Shown one piece after another: positions 37,101 through 49,269 of a DNA stretch of 64,000 nucleotides. Position 1 is the first letter of the stretch; the number at the start of each line of letters is the position of its first letter. This stretch comes from Macrostomum lignano (lineage: Eukaryota): NCBI GenBank assembly GCA_002269645.1, contig NIVC01002688.1, forward strand, positions 1 to 64,000, given 5' to 3'. The translations under genes were made by a program, and so were the position numbers. The notes under the pieces were generated by a model that was given only the letters and a program-made list of their open reading frames with translations, was not told where the DNA came from and searched no databases.

Positions 37101-39567
37101 TCAGTGTCCTGCTGCCAACCTCAGGTGCTTCAGTGTCCTGCTGCCAACCTCAGGTGCTTCAGTGTCCTGCTGCCAACCTCAGGTGCTTCAGTGTCCTGCT
37201 GCCAACCTCAGGTGCTTCAGATGCTTCAGCCGCTCAGTGCAGCAGACTGCGGGCTATGACTCATGCCGCACCTACAGCTCAGCGGGAAAGGGCGAGGAAA
37301 TCTGACGAACCGCCCCAACCCGCCACCCCCCTTTCCAACTTCCCAAATCCCAGAAGCAGAAGACGCGGAAGCAGCAATCAACACGGCCGGCAGTAAAGTA
37401 AATAAACTGCCTGGGTAAGGAACCGAGGCGCGCCCAAGTCAGCCCCAGAAATTGGTAAACGCTGAGCTTCACTGTGCAAATCAGAAGGGACGCCCCTGTC
37501 TGTGAACTGGTTCCTGGTTATGGAAGACTAAACATTTTGCCAGCTTGGTGTGGCCTGTGATTAATTGCAGTAGTTGCTAATCACGATTTGGGATTTTAGG
37601 CCGCAATTCTACAGATTTACGAGTATCAGGTAAAGGCACACAGACTAGGCGCAGACTATAAGCGCAGCTCAATCAAGATGAGGCACTATCCCAGCTGCCT
37701 CACTCACCCTGCTTGATGCTGGCGTACCGCCCATTGAAGGCCTTGACGGCGATCTGCGGGTAGCTGTCCTCCAGCACGAACAGCTCGTCCTTGGACACCG
37801 TCTGGTTCTTCGTCTTGCTGGTGCCCGTGGCGCCGATGTTGGTGAGGAAGCGGCCTGCGCTGTCCTGCGGGCGCGGCGCAAGGATGACGGAAGGTCATGG
37901 GAAGAAGTACAAAAGTACAGAAGTACAATCGGCATTTTCAATGAGTTTTGCATTTCTTCAATATGACTCACCTTGAAGGCCAGTCCGGGGCAGGGGCCGC
38001 AGTGCACCTGGATGGAGAACAGCGACTCAGCCTCGTCCAGACGGTCCAGCAGCTCGCCGCCGCGGGCCAGGTAGCGCCCGTCCGAGGCCCGGATGGCCAC
38101 GCGGCCGTCGCGCTTCATCAGAGTGATGAGGCTCTCGGCGCCCCACGGGTTCACCCGGTCGGCGGAGATCTCGCCACTGCCGAGCCGGAGGTAGCGGCCG
38201 CGGTTCAGGTTCTTCACGTGCACCTGACGGGCGGAGAGAATGTTGGAAGATGAGAGGGTGAGAAGGAGAGAGAGAGTGAGGAGAGAGGGTGAGGAGAGAG
38301 GGTGAGGAGAGAGGGTGAGGAGAGAGAGTGAGGAGGGTGAGGAGAGAGGGTGAGGAGAGAGGGTGAGGAGAGAGAGTGAAAAGAGAAGCTGCGGAGGAGA
38401 GAGGGTGAGCAGGAGAGAGGGTGAGCAGGAGAGAGGGTGAGCAGGAGAGAGGGTGAGCAGGAGAGAGGGTGAGAAGGAGAGAGGGTGAGCAGAAGAGAGG
38501 GTGAGCAGGAGAGAGGGTGAGCAGGAGAGAGGGTGAGAAGGAGAGAGGGTGAGCAGGAGAGAGGGTGAGCAGAAGAGAGGGTGAGCAGAAGAGAGGGTGA
38601 GCAGGAGAGAGGGTGAGCAGGAGAGAGGGTGAGCAGAAGAGAGCAGAAAAAGTTTTTTAACCTGCCGGTTGCCCACCTGAGGGTGCAGCGCGAGCTGGCA
38701 GGTCCACCAGACGGGCGCCTTGGAGAAGCACTTGACGCGGTCCTCCTCGCCGGAGAAGTACAGGCCGTGCTGCGCGCTCTTCAGCGCCCACTGAACCCCA
38801 TCGCCGGCGTACTCAATGATGAAGCGGGTCTCCGGGCCGGCCTCCTCGCTGGAGCAGGACACCAGGCCGTCCTTGTCGGTGGACAGGAACCTGGCGGGGT
38901 GGCGGGGGTCGGAGTTTGTGAAGGGATGATGATCATGAAGGGTCTATGAAGGGAATGGTGAACGCTCTATGAAGGGAATGGTGAATTCTCTATGAAGGGA
39001 ATGGTGAATGCTCGATGAAGGGAATGGTGAATGCTCTATGAAGGGAATGGTGAATGCTCTATGAAGGGTTTGTGAAGGGATGGTGAATGGTCTATTAAGG
39101 GTTTGTGAAGGGATGCTAAAGGGTCCATGAAAGGCTTATGAAGGGTCTGTGGAGGGATTTGTCACTTCAGGGCTTGAAGGCTGCTGAATGGTCAGGCAAG
39201 TCTGGCAGAATTCAGAAGCAGTGAAAGCAACTTCAAACTGGATTCACAAAACTTGAGGAGCAATCAAAACTCACCTGTTGAGGTGAGACTTCAGACAGAC
39301 GGTTGACGGGTGCTCGGGGTCGGGCACCAGCACCCAGGTCTGGCGCATCTTCAGCGACGCTCCGGAGGCGTTGAGCTTGAAGCCGAAGGGCTCGGCAGTC
39401 AGGAACTTGCCGCTGGCGTTGCGCAGCCCCACCCGCCACTTCAGCGACTCGTCCGGGTCTCCCGCCTGCGGCTGCTGCGGTTTTGACGGGCCGTGGCCGT
39501 TGGTGCTGCCGGCCACTCCGTTGCCATTGGCAACCCGGCCGGGAATGACGCCGCCGTTCTGGTCCAT
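34149..39567 (-). CDS. FSCN1: Fascin (singed homolog), actin-bundling protein, about 522 aa, 7 exons
   Basis: LKWRVGLRNASGKFLTAEPFGFKLNASGASLKMRQTW; LEDSYPQIAVKAFNGRYASIKQGQDLNANQ; EQFQLVLLNRPIVVFRCDFGFVG; ends ..AACLWEY*. Exons 39567-39275, 38890-38677, 38223-37972, 37864-37708, 36343-36184, 35497-35208, 34351-34149 sum to 1569 nt with consistent phases. Confidence 0.95.
34441..35017. repeat. 16-bp minisatellite (ccccaactctcacaat), fascin intron 6
   Basis: Visible periodicity. Confidence 0.93.
35111..35210 (-). repeat. Tandem duplication of a splice-donor segment (ggggtgagtcc..) x5
   Basis: gactcacccc occurs five times at about 19-bp spacing, the last copy being the used donor at 35207. 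Confidence 0.85.
35545..36110. repeat. 13-bp minisatellite (ccctactctagat), fascin intron 5
   Basis: Visible periodicity. Confidence 0.93.
36752..37219. repeat. 29-bp minisatellite, about 16 copies, fascin intron 4
   Basis: Unit cagtgtcctgctgccaacctcaggtgctt. Confidence 0.96.
38252..38646. repeat. 16-bp minisatellite (gagagggtgagcagga), fascin intron 2
   Basis: Visible periodicity. Confidence 0.92.
38935..39140. repeat. 23-bp degenerate minisatellite (gaagggaatggtgaatgctctat), fascin intron 1
   Basis: Visible periodicity. Confidence 0.85.
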
Positions 39568-39625
39568 TTTGTCCACGAACTGCAGGGTGGGCAGTGGGGT
39601 TTTGAGCACTTTGATGAGCAGGACG

Positions 39626-40463
39626 GAGATTCAGGTCACAAGCACCCAAGCACAGCTCTGAGGAACTGAGATTCAGGTCACAAGCACAGCTCTGAGGAAC
39701 TGAGATTCAGCTCACAAGCACAGCTCTAAGGAACTGAAATTCAGCTCACAAGCACAGCTCTGAGGAACTGAGATTCAGCTCACAAGCACAGCTCTGAGGA
39801 ACTGAGATTCAGCTCACAAGCACAGCTCTGAAGAACTGAAATTCAGCTCACAAGCACAGCTCTGAGGAACTGAGATTCAGCTCACAAGCACAGCTCTGAG
39901 GAACTGAGATTCAGCTCACAAGCACAGCTCTGAGGAACTGAGATTCAGCTCACAAGCACAGCTCTGAGGAACTGAGATTCAGCTCACAAGCACAGCTCTA
40001 AGGAACTGAGATTCAGCTCACAAGCACAGCTCTGAGGAACTGAGATTCAGCTCACAAGCACAGCTCTGAGGAACTGAGATTCAGCTCACAAGCACAGCTC
40101 TAAGGAACTGAAATTCAGCTCACAAGCACAGCTCTGAGGAACTGAGATTCAGCTCACAAGCACAGCTCTGAGGAACTGAGATTCAGCTCACAAGCACAGC
40201 TCTGAGGAACTGAGATTCAGCTCACAAGCACAGCTCTGAGGAACTGAGATTCAGCTCACAAGCACAGCTCTGAGGAACTGAAATTCAGCTCACAAGCACA
40301 GCTCTGAGGAACTGAGATTCAGCTCACAAGCACAGCTCTGAGGAACTGAGATTCAGCTCACAAGCACAGCTCTGAGGAACTGAGATTCAGCTCACAAGCA
40401 CAGCTCTGAGGAACTGAGATTCAGGTCACAAGCACAGCTCTGAGGAACTGAGATTCAGGTCAC
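39626..40463. repeat. 34-bp minisatellite, about 24 copies, immediately upstream of the fascin first coding exon
   Basis: Unit gagattcagctcacaagcacagctctgaggaact. Confidence 0.96.
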
Positions 40464-42029
40464 AGAAGTCAGTCACTAAAAGCTACCAGAATTTGACTGT
40501 TTCTCAACGCCTTAACAAGTATTTCTGCAACAAAATTGGGAGCAGCTCTTTCTGCAGCATAATTTGATACAGTGCAGCTGTGCAAGGATCGGTGGATGCA
40601 GCGGCATGTCGGAACCGGCAATCCGAGACGAGTTGCGAACTGAATCGGAAACCCGAAAAGGCGGCCAAGGAGTTGCAACGTGGGCGGCCCCGTGTCGAGG
40701 CCCGGTTGCCGGACAGGCCCGGCCCTTACCAAAGCGGCGGGCGCTCGATGATGAATCATTGAGATTTCCATGCCGAATGCAGCCAAGGAGTCCCAGAGCC
40801 AGAACCTGGACTCATAAATCCTCGTCAAATTTATTTCTGAAGGCAAATCTTGGCGAGAACTCAAGTGAGAAGAGAGGAAAGGAGAGAAGAAAGGAGAGGA
40901 GAGAAGAGGGGAGGAGAGAGATAATTAAGAAAGAAGGTAAGAAGAGAGAAGAAAAGAGAGAAGATGAGAGAAAAGAGGAGAGAAGAGATGTGAGGAGAAG
41001 GGTAGAGGAGAGAACTGAGAAGACAACTAAAGAGACACAAACCTTGAGCGGGCCGGATTGCTATTATGAAGTTTCAAACTACCTGGATAGAGAGGCTTCG
41101 TGGGCCGCGTATGCCCTGAATTTTACCAGGTTTTATAAACTCCTCGCAAGTCGCAACACCCCCCTCCATTGTCCGGCCCGCTCGAGAGCGTGACTCAACG
41201 TTGATGACATGGGTTTGAGGGGCCTTGTAGGCCTTGCGGGTTGCGTCGGGGTCCATAAGCATCAGGAGAAGGCTGTCTGCGCGGAGCCTCAATTCGATTA
41301 CACTGAGCCTGGCTTATCTGCTGGGTTTCACTCTGCTGGCTGGGAGGCCCCGTGAGCAAGCGACGGACGGGCTGTTGACACTCAGGGTGACTCAGTGCCA
41401 GTCAGATGGCGAGAACTCACGGCCTTCAGCTCCAGCTGGAATCCGTCAGGAAGCTCCGAGTTGAAGTCTTCAGGGCGCTGCATTTCGTCTGGCGCAGTTT
41501 CACTAATATTAACTGTTTTGCTAGTCGGCTGTGCTTCACTTCTGCTTTAGTTGCAGAAATTGCACTGCTACTAAAAGGTCTGGCGAGGGTCGTCGCCACA
41601 CCTTGAGCATAAAAGGAGGGCTGAATGAGGCTTGGCCTGTCAAAGATTCTCAGCGGCAGATTCTCGTTGGGGCGGGAAACTTGGCCGAAGCAGAGAGTAC
41701 GAGCTAGAAGTCGGAGTCGGGTGCACTTTCCCACAGGGCACGAATCGCTGGCCCGTTCTCGCCATCTCTTTGGCGCCAATCTGCTCCGAGCAGCCCTGGG
41801 AGCTGCTGGATCCGAGGGGCATAAAATTCATGTCGAGGCAGAATTTGCGAGCGCGAAGGCTCGGATACGGACCCAGCAGAGGGCACGCCAATTCTTCACA
41901 TTTATGAGAACGCGACTTTTATTTCAACTCGAAACTACCCTCTAGGCTCTAAGGTCCTCTTAGTTGCTGGGCCACTGCTGCCCTCCCAGATCCTCACTGA
42001 CCTCTGTTAAACATCCTGGGATTGATAGA

Positions 42030-43370
42030 AGTGATTGGGATTAATGGGGAGAGACTGGGATGGGATTGATGGGAAGTGATTCGGGCTGATGGGGAGTGAC
42101 TGGGATTGATGGGGAGTGACTGGGACTGATAGGGAGTGACTGGGGCTGATGAGGAGTGACTGGGACTGATGGAGAGTGACTGGGACTGATGGGGAGTGAT
42201 TCGGGCTGATGGGAGTGATTCGGGCTGATGGGGAGTGACTGGGATTGATGGGGAGTGACTGGGATTGATGGGGAGTGACTGGGATTGATGGGGAGTGACT
42301 GGGACAGATAGGGAGTGACTGGGGCTGATGAGGAGTGACTGGGGCTGATGGGGAGTGACTGGGACTGATGGGGGAGTGACTGGGGCTGATGGGGAGTGAC
42401 TGGGTCTGATGGGGAGTGACTGACACTGATGGGGAGTGACTGACACTGATGGGGAGTGACTGACACTGATGGGGAGTGACTTGGACTGATGGGGAGTGAC
42501 TCGGACTGATGGGGAGTGACTGGGTCTGATGGGGAGTGACTGACCCTGATGGGAAGTGACTGACACTGATGGGGAGTGACTGACACTGATGGGAAGTGAC
42601 TGACACTGATGGGGAGTGACTGACACTGATGGGGAGTGACTGACACTGATGGGAAGTGACTTGGACTGATGGGGAGTGACTCGGACTGATGGGGAGTGAC
42701 TGGGTCTGATGGGGAGTGACTGACACTGATGGGGAGTGACTGACACTAATGGGGAGTGACTGACACTGATGGGAAGTGACTGACACTGATGGGGAGTGAC
42801 TGACACTGATGGGGAGTGACTGACACTGATGGGGAGTGACTGACACTGATGGGGAGTGACTGAAACTGATGGGGAGTGACTGACACTGATGGGGAGTGAC
42901 TGACACTAATGGGGAGTGACTGACACTGATGAGAAGTGACTGACCCTGATGGGGAGTGACTGACACTGATGAGAAGTGACTGACCCTGATGGGGAGTGAC
43001 TGGGACTGATGGGGAGTGACTGGGACTGATGGGGAGTGACTGGGACTGATGGGGAGTGACTGGGACTGATGGGGAGTGACTGGGACTGATGGGGAGTGAC
43101 TGGTGGGCTGATGGGGAGTGACTGGGACTGATGGGGAGTGACTGACACTGATGGGGAGTGACTGGGACTGATGGGGAGTGACTGGGACTGATGGGGAGTG
43201 ACTGGGACTGATAGGGAGTGACTGGGACTGATGGGGAGTGACTGGGACTGATGGGGAGTGACTGGGACTGATGGGGAGTAACTGGGGCTAATGGGGAGTG
43301 ACTGGGACTGATGGGGAGTAACTGGGGCTAATGGGGAGTGACTGGGACTGATGGGGAGTGACTTGGACTA
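42030..43370. repeat. 20-bp minisatellite (ctgatggggagtgactg[gga/aca])
   Basis: Visible periodicity, degenerating at the left end. Confidence 0.95.
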
Positions 43371-44177
43371 GGATTGGTGACTGATGAGGACTATTGATGA
43401 GGACTGGGATTGATGAGGATCGCAGAGGATCAGATCAGAGCTGTGATCCTTTTTATTAGTGGCCCTGACTTTGATTTTGCTTGAGACTGGAGATTTTCAA
43501 AGAAGTCTTTCAATGAGACACAATAAATTTGAAAATTCATTTTTAGCATCCGCGCTGAAAGTCAGGACGAAAAAGGCTTCTCATCGGATCGTGCATTGGA
43601 GAAAAGCACAAAAGACAAAGCGTACAATTTCAGACCAGCATAAAGCAGACCTTACCTTTGTGTGGTGACTCGCTAAGCTGACTAAACCAATAGTAGATAG
43701 GAAATGCTCCTTCAGCTGTTCCTGACAGAACCGGTCCCGAAAGCGCCACACGCAGCAGTATATAAGGCAGGGGGGCTTTGGGAGGGTGGGGCCTCGCTGA
43801 ATCACAAATGACTGGCTGGGGGGAAGCCCCTCCTGGGCCCTAGCGAGATGAGGCCGGCCGCGGTAAATCGGCGCCCCACCCCCGGCTCTGCCTCTCCAAT
43901 TGGGGTTGGCTGGGTCTGCGCTCAGCCGGGCGGGGCCTCCTGTCTGTCTGGTCTCCCCGCCTCCTTGTTTTCCGGCTTTCGTGGCCATTTCTCCCTTTCT
44001 TTAAACTCTCCGTATCGATTTTCCCCGTCTCCTTTCAACTTGTCATGGAGCAAAGGTGTGCACCAAAATCCGCAGCCCCACCCCCCACCGAATGGGCGCC
44101 CCCTTATGCAAGACAATGTGGCCTTAAGCTGAGCTCTATATCCTAGGCCTGTTTGACCACTCAAGCTGTGTGAAGAG

Positions 44178-44359
44178 CATGGGCGGCGGGAGCTTGCGGC
44201 ACCGGGGGCACGTGCCCCCCCCCCCAGAAAATGAGTCCACGTGGTAATTTTTAGTGTTTTTTCTGATTTTAGGTCTTAATTAGCAGCTTATAAAGGTACC
44301 GTGTCCCCCTTGCCCTGTGCCCGGTGCCCCCCCTCAAATATTAGGCTCCGCCGCCCCTG
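44178..44359. mobile_element. hAT-type MITE, 182 bp, 8-bp TSD
   Basis: TSD gtgaagag at 44170-44177 and 44360-44367; TIRs catgggcggcgggagc / gctccgccgcccctg. Confidence 0.88.
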
Positions 44360-47300
44360 GTGAAGAGGCACAAGCCAGACATGCAATTATTGAACTGCCT
44401 GTATATGTTCTCATCCCAAATTTTCTTTAGTCAACGTTTTTTCCTGTTTCGGTTTTAATTTCAATTCGCTGCAATGCCACACAGATTAGTCTCATTCATA
44501 TTCATCGCGGTCGCGGCCCTCGGAAGAGCTTGGACAATTTAGCTACACGCACTCAAGAATATTTTTTTTGCAAGAACATAAGCGAGGTTGATAACTGCGA
44601 GTTTGACCATTCTAACGGGATTCCAATCAAAAAGGTCATGATCAATCCAGAAGCATGAGTCACAACCACAAGCCTTGCATCAGGATTAAAATGTACACTT
44701 TATTCAATTCAATTTAATCAACATGAGAGAAGCGCGCGCACTGCTCGTATCATGCTTGCCCCGGCTGGACTGCTTTAAAATGTTGCTCAAATTAAAATTT
44801 GGATGTTGAAACCATCATAATACATGCGTGTTACTTAAAAATTTTAACTCCTTTTAAGTTTAATGATGAAGATTTAATTCCCCCCGGAGTGCGTCTCATC
44901 TGCTACTGCCGCCGGCGCCCGCGACCCTTCAAAGTGCGTCCTCGTCGTGTCATCTGCTGTGCCACCCCTTTGAAGTGTGTCTCATCTGCTGCTGCGCCGC
45001 CCCTTTGAAGTGTGTCTCATCTCATCTGCTGCTGCCGTCCCATCGGCCATCAGGAGTTTGTCTCATGTAGCCTGCTGCTGCCAGCCTGCCACCCCTTCCC
45101 TTTATATTGGAGTGCGTTCTTGGCATTATACGCGTTATATAATGTCATTCTACTCATTTGATTTTAATTGCACCTCGAAAAAAATAAAAAACAGGCCTGA
45201 TTTAAGAGCCCGTTTCTCAAAAGAATTCACATTGGGGTTGGCTCGTAGATAAAATTGGTTTGAAATACAGCTTGAACAGAATGGTGGCAGTTTGTTACCT
45301 GAAATTTGGTTTAAATAACTTCCAGATTTCAACTTTTTCATCCCGCTTGTCTCGAGTTGTCGTCAATTAGCGAGATCGTTATTTAGTTATTTTCCAATTC
45401 AAATAAATTTAAACAAGAATTTCTTCGTGCAAAATTCATCGAAATTTATCCAATTCAGGTTTGGCCTGCATCATTCCTAGATAAGCGGTAGCGGCTTTGT
45501 GGCTAAGCATTCAGATGATTAGTATCGTATCATATTCTTACGCACAGTGACAGCGATAAACAATATGCCTATACCTCATTAGGCCTATCACTTTTTACAG
45601 TTAACAACCACAACAAGACATTCAAAAACAGGGCAACAATAGCATGAAATTTTGGCAGTATGCTTTCACCATGATGAAATTTTATATGAAGAACAGAGAA
45701 CAGTTGAAGAAATCCATATTTTAATGCATTGAGATTTTAGCTATCTGGGTTACCTGTAAAATACTGTTTATCCTACAATATTTAATTCATTTAATGTAGG
45801 GGTAGGGCTAGGCCTACTGGCAGAGGCAGAATAACAACTAGGTCTAGGTAATACAAATTATACTGTTGTGTAACAAATATGACAATGTGCAAAAGTACTA
45901 TAAAAATAAAATAAAGCTATAATATATGAGTAGATTATACTAGGCTAGGCCTATCTATATTTCTAATATACTAAATCTTGAAGGTTTATATGCAAAAACT
46001 AGGCTAGGCCTAGGCCTATCTATGTTCCCAAAGGATATAAACATCTTAACCCTAACCCTAACCCATACTATTTTGTACCCTAATCTAGTAAAATCTAAAG
46101 AAATTTTTGGCTAGCAGCTAGGCCTATATTGATTTCAAGGAAACCTAAGCTTAGTTATTAACTAATAATTTATATATAGTATTCATTGAAAAGTATTTAA
46201 AATTAAAAGTTAAATATTGAATTATTTAGATTTTTAAATCTTAGCCTAATTGAAAAAATATGTACTTTTAAACATATTATTAGATACCTAGATAATACTA
46301 GATAATATTGAATTATTATAATAGCTATAGGGTTTAGGTCCATATATAGTGAAAGAATAAAATATTAGATTTAGAAGGACAAGATAAAAATCATAAGACT
46401 AAGATAAGAGCAAACTTGAATATTTTTTTAATAAAAAACCTTTTTGATATTTTGGTATAAGTATATTCTAGTATAATATGGTTATTAATGTTATTATATT
46501 GTTAAAAAATTATGAAAGAAATGCTCCTTTCCCCTAATAATTTTTTTGGTAAGCAGTTGCCACCTTGTCTTCTTGGCTTTATTGTATCTATTTAATTTAA
46601 GCTTAAGGTTTAAAGCTTGATAGCCTAACACTAATTAATTGCATTATGCATAGCCTTTGATTTTGATAGGAAGGACATCATTTATTATACCAAGATAATT
46701 TTAATTAAATAAAGCAATGTTAAGATAGAGTTTTTTAAGCATTATTAAATGGTTATGCATTATCAATTGCTTTATTGATAGGATACTTTATTTCTGCTGT
46801 TAAAGAAATGTAATAATCTGTTTTAGAAAACTGCAAGAACTTATAGCTTCATTTTTATATTTAGCTTGATTATAGGATATTATATAAAGATTGTAATATT
46901 GTTTAAATAATGCCTAAGAGAAAATGTTTGTATGACTATTGTTGTTTTTTATGGAAGTTAGAGTTATCTAAAGGTGGTTTCAAACTATAAATATATTAGG
47001 ACTAGGTCCATAAGAATTACCTGCAGACAAATTGCCTACCAAGATTTTCCATAGTTCAATTTTACTGCCAGTGAATTGCTTGCCAAGCTGGTCTACCAAA
47101 CATTGTCCACACTGTTTTTTCCTGTAACACATTTAGCCATGTGCAAATTTTGTCTAGATTGCCCCCAATGCTTAATGTAAGTATTAAAATAGAGATTTAG
47201 GGGACTATAGAAATGAAAAATATGAATTTGATATGCAGTTATTATCATATTAAGACTTACTATAATTTACTATTCTTCTCCTAAGACCCAAGGTGTTGAA

Positions 47301-47407
47301 CCCAAAGCTTCAAAGCTGCAGCTGACTTCATTCTCACTTCCTGCCGCCGAGCCCACACAAGCCAACTTTCCTTCCCGCCAGCAGCCGCCTCTCCCTCCAG
47401 CCAGCCA

Positions 47408-48139
47408 ATGCGCCAAGCCGACGCTGCCAGCAGCTTTGCCAATGGCGAGGGCAGCGCCGCCTGGGAGGCTGCCAGACGCCGGGCTCGCCAGCTGGAGTCA
47501 GCGCTGGACCGCCAGCTGGTGGAGCTGGCCAGCTGCCGGCGCCACGGGGGCGGTCAGGAGGGCGACTCGCATGACGCCGAGGTGGAGCGGCTGCTGGCAG
47601 AGCTGGAGGCCTGCCACCAGCGCATGGCCGCTGCCACCGCCAACACGGCTAGGGGCAGCTGGGGTCGGCAGTGGCAGCTGCAGCGGCATCGGGACACCCT
47701 GGACGAGTATCGGCGCGAGTGGCTCCGCATTGGGCGCCGCTGCTGGGCTGCTGCCACAGCCGCCGCCGCAGCCGCCGTCGCAGCTGCCTCTTCCGTGGCG
47801 GCAAATGCGGGCGACTTCGGGGTCGACCCGACTTCGCCGCCGCCGTCTCCATCGCCGCAGCAGACAGGGGCTTCCAAGCTGCGACAGGACGCCACCCTGA
47901 TTGACATCGGCGTCTGTGCTGACCCAGACGAATCTGCCGAATCACCGCTGATGTCGCCTTCGCATCGGCAGCAACAGCTGCCCTGGCCCTGCCCCCAGGA
48001 CCTCCTGCGGCGAGTTCTTGGCTGGCGACGGCGACGGCACCTCCGGGCGCCTCGGCGTCCGCGCGAGGCAGCCACAGCCTGCGTTGGAGCCGGCTGTCTG
48101 CTGATGCTCATGCTGGTGTACGTGTTCCTGTTCAGATGA
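47408..48139 (+). CDS. Divergent intronless GOSR1 (GS28/Gos1)-like Golgi SNARE with C-terminal TM
   Basis: WEAARRRARQLESALDRQLV ~ WEDLRKQARQLENELDLKLV; EVERLLAEL ~ EIEQLLARL; LQRHRDTLDEY ~ LQRHRDILQDY; hydrophobic tail CVGAGCLLMLMLVYVFLFR*. Confidence 0.75.
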   Translation: MRQADAASSFANGEGSAAWEAARRRARQLESALDRQLVELASCRRHGGGQEGDSHDAEVERLLAELEACHQRMAAATANTARGSWGRQWQLQRHRDTLDEYRREWLRIGRRCWAAATAAAAAAVAAASSVAANAGDFGVDPTSPPPSPSPQQTGASKLRQDATLIDIGVCADPDESAESPLMSPSHRQQQLPWPCPQDLLRRVLGWRRRRHLRAPRRPREAATACVGAGCLLMLMLVYVFLFR

Positions 48140-48468
48140 TGCTCAGGTGTGCTCATGCTGGTGTACGTGTTCCTGTTCAGATGATGCTCACGTGTGCTCA
48201 TGCTGGTGTACGTGTTCCTGTTCAGATGATGCTCACGTGTGCTCATGCTGGTGTACGTGTTCCTGTTCAGATGATGCTCAGGTGTGCGCATGCTGGTGTA
48301 CGTGTTCCTGTTCAGATGATGCTCACGTGTGCTCATGCTGGTGTACGTGTTCCTGTTCAGATGATGCTCACGTGTGCTCATGCTGGTGTACGTGTTCCTG
48401 TTCAGATGATGCTCACGTGTGCTCATGCTGGTGTACGTGTTCCTGTTCAGATGATGCTGAGGTGTGCT
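48103..48468 (+). repeat. 45-bp tandem repeat x8 whose first copy is the end of the GOSR1-like CDS, including the stop codon
   Basis: Unit atgctggtgtacgtgttcctgttcagaTGAtgctcacgtgtgctc. Confidence 0.95.
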
Positions 48469-49269
48469 AAAGCCTCTTTCCAGTTAGTTTTTATGCCTTG
48501 GCTTCATTATTTGATAAAGCCTTGAGAACTGCAACGCTCTGCAGTGAGATTTTTGTGCACGCATTTTCTTATTGTGCTCTGAATTCCCAATGCTTTGAAC
48601 TTGTGTCTGTCAGATTATATTAACAATTTAATAAAATCGCCTAAAACCCTGTACAGAATTTGCATGCACGCCAGCCTGTACAATTGGTACTGTACGCGAG
48701 AGCGGCTGTTTTTATCCCTCTGCACACTAACGATTATCCTAATCTTATTATTGTTATAATGTTCTCAGTTGTCAAGATATTCTCAAGAGGTCTCGGCGCT
48801 TTTCTCTCCAGTCAGGCTGCAGGTCACAATGGTCTATTTTATGTTTGAGATTTTCTACACGAGTTTCTGCCCTCGTAAGCTGCGCATACTACTATGAGTA
48901 GTAGTGACTTTTATGCTCAATTGTTAGTGGCTATTTATGATCAAATTCATGCCGTTTTTTATATTTTCCAGATTATTAATTGCCTGCTAATTAACCTGCC
49001 GCATCGCTGGCGCAAATACAATAAATGCAGAATTAGCGAGTTCTCGCCTTGCTGTTGCTGGAAGCAACTGGATTTTTTGACAATTAAAACTGTCCATCCG
49101 CCAATCGCAATAGAATTTGTGTTTATTTCGTAGGTTGCAAAAAGATTGGAACGCGAATTCGTAATAACAAAACCGAGAGCAAAAGCTGCCCGTTCAAAAT
49201 TTGGGCAGCGACAATTAGAGCGGGGGCGGCATGATTTTACCGGGTGAATCTGTCAGATTGATCATGAAC

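Noticed and set aside
36680-37396. Cys-rich ORFs resembling keratin-associated proteins or metallothionein
   Set aside because: Translation of the 29-bp array, open in all three plus frames, lying antisense in a fascin intron.
40469-41950. Short ORFs upstream of fascin
   Set aside because: No recognisable domain and no phase-consistent exon chain; may be fascin 5' UTR or promoter sequence.
41994-43148. Long SVTPHQCQSLPI repeat ORFs
   Set aside because: Artefacts of the 20-bp minisatellite, open in several frames.
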